Assembly: GCA_040902285.1 (NCBI GenBank)
Contig: JBBDXP010000007.1
Span: 1,042-65,041, forward strand
Direction of reading: 5' to 3'
Length of the DNA stretch: 64,000 nt
Origin: Candidatus Spechtbacterales bacterium
GTDB lineage: Bacteria > Patescibacteriota > Minisyncoccia > Spechtbacterales > 2-12-FULL-38-22
In this document: positions 62,308 to 64,000 of the stretch, piece after piece
Position numbering within the stretch: position 1 is the stretch's first letter
Layout of the letters: each line of letters starts with the position of its first letter
Position numbers and translations under genes: made by a program
The notes under the pieces: model-generated
The model's database searches: none
Told to the model about the DNA's origin: nothing
The model's input: only the letters and a program-made list of their open reading frames with translations

Positions 62308-63444
62308 TTATCTAAACACTATATTTATAATCTCATAAATTCCCCCTGCTATCAAAGCGAGAGATATTGCCCATATTGCCGGCTTTGGAATATTTAAAGA
62401 AAATGACGGCTTTCTGTCGCCCGCTTTTTTCACTTTGCCGAATAAAACAGCTATCATAACTCCCAATACCGCCCCCAAAACGGCACCCGTAACAGAAATA
62501 ACCTGAATAAAACTTTGTATGCCGGCCAGTATAAGGACCATAGGCAAAGTCACTACTAAAAAATTGCTCCAAAAACGAGACAAATTTCTGTCGTACATAA
62601 AAGATTCTTTCAGATTAACGCCGATTACCAAGTACGATGTGGCAATAGCTAAAATTCCGAACAAAGCACCGGTAAACACTATCTCTTTGCCCATAAAGGG
62701 TATCAGGCCTCCTATCGCCTCCTCTGTGGAATTATTTCCGCTTATGCCAACAACAACAAACGCAAAAGCGAAAGTTAAAAAGGCGGCGGTCAAAACTCCC
62801 CAGATAACCGCTTTTTTAAATCCCCTTTTTTCTTTGCCGAATATTGCGTTCATTTCGGGTATCGCCTGAAATCCTCCCAAAGAAAAAAGTATAACGCCGT
62901 AAGGCACCAGCACGCTTGCCCAGTTCACCCCTTCAAAATTAGAACTGTCCACCAGCGGCAAGCCGCGCAAAATAATTATTCCCAAAACAGCTACCAGCAA
63001 AAACAGCATTGCAATTTCCAAACGGGATATTGTTTTTAATCCTTTGAGTATTCCGGTGCTCAAAAGTATCCAGAAAACAACCCCCCAGGCAAGTTCGTTT
63101 GAAAACAACGGACCAAAGAGTATGTTTAAAAATTGATTAGCGATAAGAATATACGCTATCAGTGCACCGTAAGCACCTACTACAACCGTCAACGCCACAA
63201 AATTTCCCGCATATTTACCCAGATACAAGCGCGCATATCCCATTTCTCTGTGCGATGCGGAAGTTCTTTCCACTATTTCGGCATACATAAGGTGCAAAGC
63301 AAGCATTATGGCCGTGAGTGAAACAAAAAGAGCAGTTCCGGCCCAAAAACCAGCTTGGGCAAAAACAAAGGGCACTCCAAATATGCCCGCTCCCACTATG
63401 GTGCCGACCAGGGCGGCAACAGCACCTACAAATCGCTTATCCAT
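62308..63444 (-). CDS. Aromatic amino acid permease family transporter
   Basis: GTIVGAGIFGVPF, PYGVILF, AIATSY. Start re-picked at MDKRF. Confidence 0.85.
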   Translation of the reverse strand: MDKRFVGAVAALVGTIVGAGIFGVPFVFAQAGFWAGTALFVSLTAIMLALHLMYAEIVERTSASHREMGYARLYLGKYAGNFVALTVVVGAYGALIAYILIANQFLNILFGPLFSNELAWGVVFWILLSTGILKGLKTISRLEIAMLFLLVAVLGIIILRGLPLVDSSNFEGVNWASVLVPYGVILFSLGGFQAIPEMNAIFGKEKRGFKKAVIWGVLTAAFLTFAFAFVVVGISGNNSTEEAIGGLIPFMGKEIVFTGALFGILAIATSYLVIGVNLKESFMYDRNLSRFWSNFLVVTLPMVLILAGIQSFIQVISVTGAVLGAVLGVMIAVLFGKVKKAGDRKPSFSLNIPKPAIWAISLALIAGGIYEIINIVFR

Positions 63445-63445
63445 G

Positions 63446-63907
63446 TTAGAATCTCCTTCTTTTGTGTAACAGCCATTCTTCAATATCAAATTTACCCAAA
63501 AATTCCAAAACTCCAAAAACCAGAATTGTCGTAAATATGGCCAGACCATACATTTCGACTCCAACGGCCATTCCGATTCCGGCGGAAACCCATAGCCCCG
63601 CGGCCGTAGTAAGGCCCTCAACCCTAACACCTCTAAGAATAATTACTCCGGCTCCCAAAAAACCTATTCCCACAACAACATTGGAAGCAATGCGGGAAGG
63701 GTCATATCTGGAAGCATCTACTAAAAATTGGTTAAATCCGTTTATAGAAATAGTTGTGAAAAGAGCGGCACCCACGGCAACAAGAGAATATGTCCTCAAG
63801 CCGGCCGCTTTTCCCGTATATTCTCTTTGGGCGCCCAAAATAGAACCCAGCAAAAGGGCTAATAATATCTGCCAATAAGGTTGTGGTATTAATTCAAATA
63901 TAAACAT
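63446..63907 (-). CDS. MgtC/SapB family protein
   Basis: ILGAQRE..AGLRT, DPSRIASNVVVGIGFLGAG, GLTTAAGLW. Confidence 0.93.
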   Translation of the reverse strand: MFIFELIPQPYWQILLALLLGSILGAQREYTGKAAGLRTYSLVAVGAALFTTISINGFNQFLVDASRYDPSRIASNVVVGIGFLGAGVIILRGVRVEGLTTAAGLWVSAGIGMAVGVEMYGLAIFTTILVFGVLEFLGKFDIEEWLLHKRRRF

Positions 63908-63919
63908 GGGATATTATCG

Positions 63920-64000
63920 TCACATCTCCGCCGCTTGTTTGTTGTTTTCCGCTTCTTTTTTGCGCGTGGGCAGTTCTATTACCTTTTCCTTTTTAACAAG
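63920..64000 (-). CDS. 3' end of an unidentified gene entering from outside the window
   Basis: Open frame LVKKEKVIELPTRKKEAENNKQAAEM* ending just upstream of the MgtC gene. Confidence 0.4.
   Translation of the reverse strand, partial: LVKKEKVIELPTRKKEAENNKQAAEM

Noticed and set aside
63445-63630. N-terminal extension of the amino acid permease
   Set aside because: It overlaps the MgtC gene in another frame; an SD-like GGAGA precedes MDKRF at 63444.
1-64000. CRISPR array or cas genes
   Set aside because: No regularly spaced repeat-spacer array is visible; the palindromic repeats are dispersed and no Cas motifs were recognised.
1-64000. Alternative genetic code (UGA read as Gly or Trp)
   Set aside because: Conserved genes are full length in code 11, and TGA ends pth, dprA and smpB at expected positions.

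Overview
Chromosomal window from a small-genome bacterium that uses the standard genetic code. Gene content and style (compact Mfd, alpha2 GlyRS, IleRS2, PsbP-like surface protein) suggest Patescibacteria/CPR, Parcubacteria-like; this is an inference. Most genes are housekeeping: six aminoacyl-tRNA synthetases, mfd-dprA-topA, rel, parAB, glmS, smpB-tmRNA, infC-rpmI-rplT, murE-fem, ruvA, polX and tRNA-Leu(CAA). Accessory inserts include a MoxR/vWA operon in mxaRSACKL-like order, a MenAT1-like toxin-antitoxin pair, a possibly split subtilase, an M60-like peptidase and an RNase J-like gene. The most striking signal is a set of tiny, modular, nestable palindromic elements translated in frame inside leuS, murE and a Fem-family gene, with weaker cases in polX, tatD and the O-antigen ligase. 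The leuS, murE and fem copies sit at CTTG^T sites in degenerate 7-nt periodic arrays, with no target duplication. Several MITE-like elements are also present, one of which inserted into and rebuilt the leuS start codon. No transposase, integrase, reverse transcriptase or CRISPR array is visible. All protein calls come from motif recognition by eye, not database searches.
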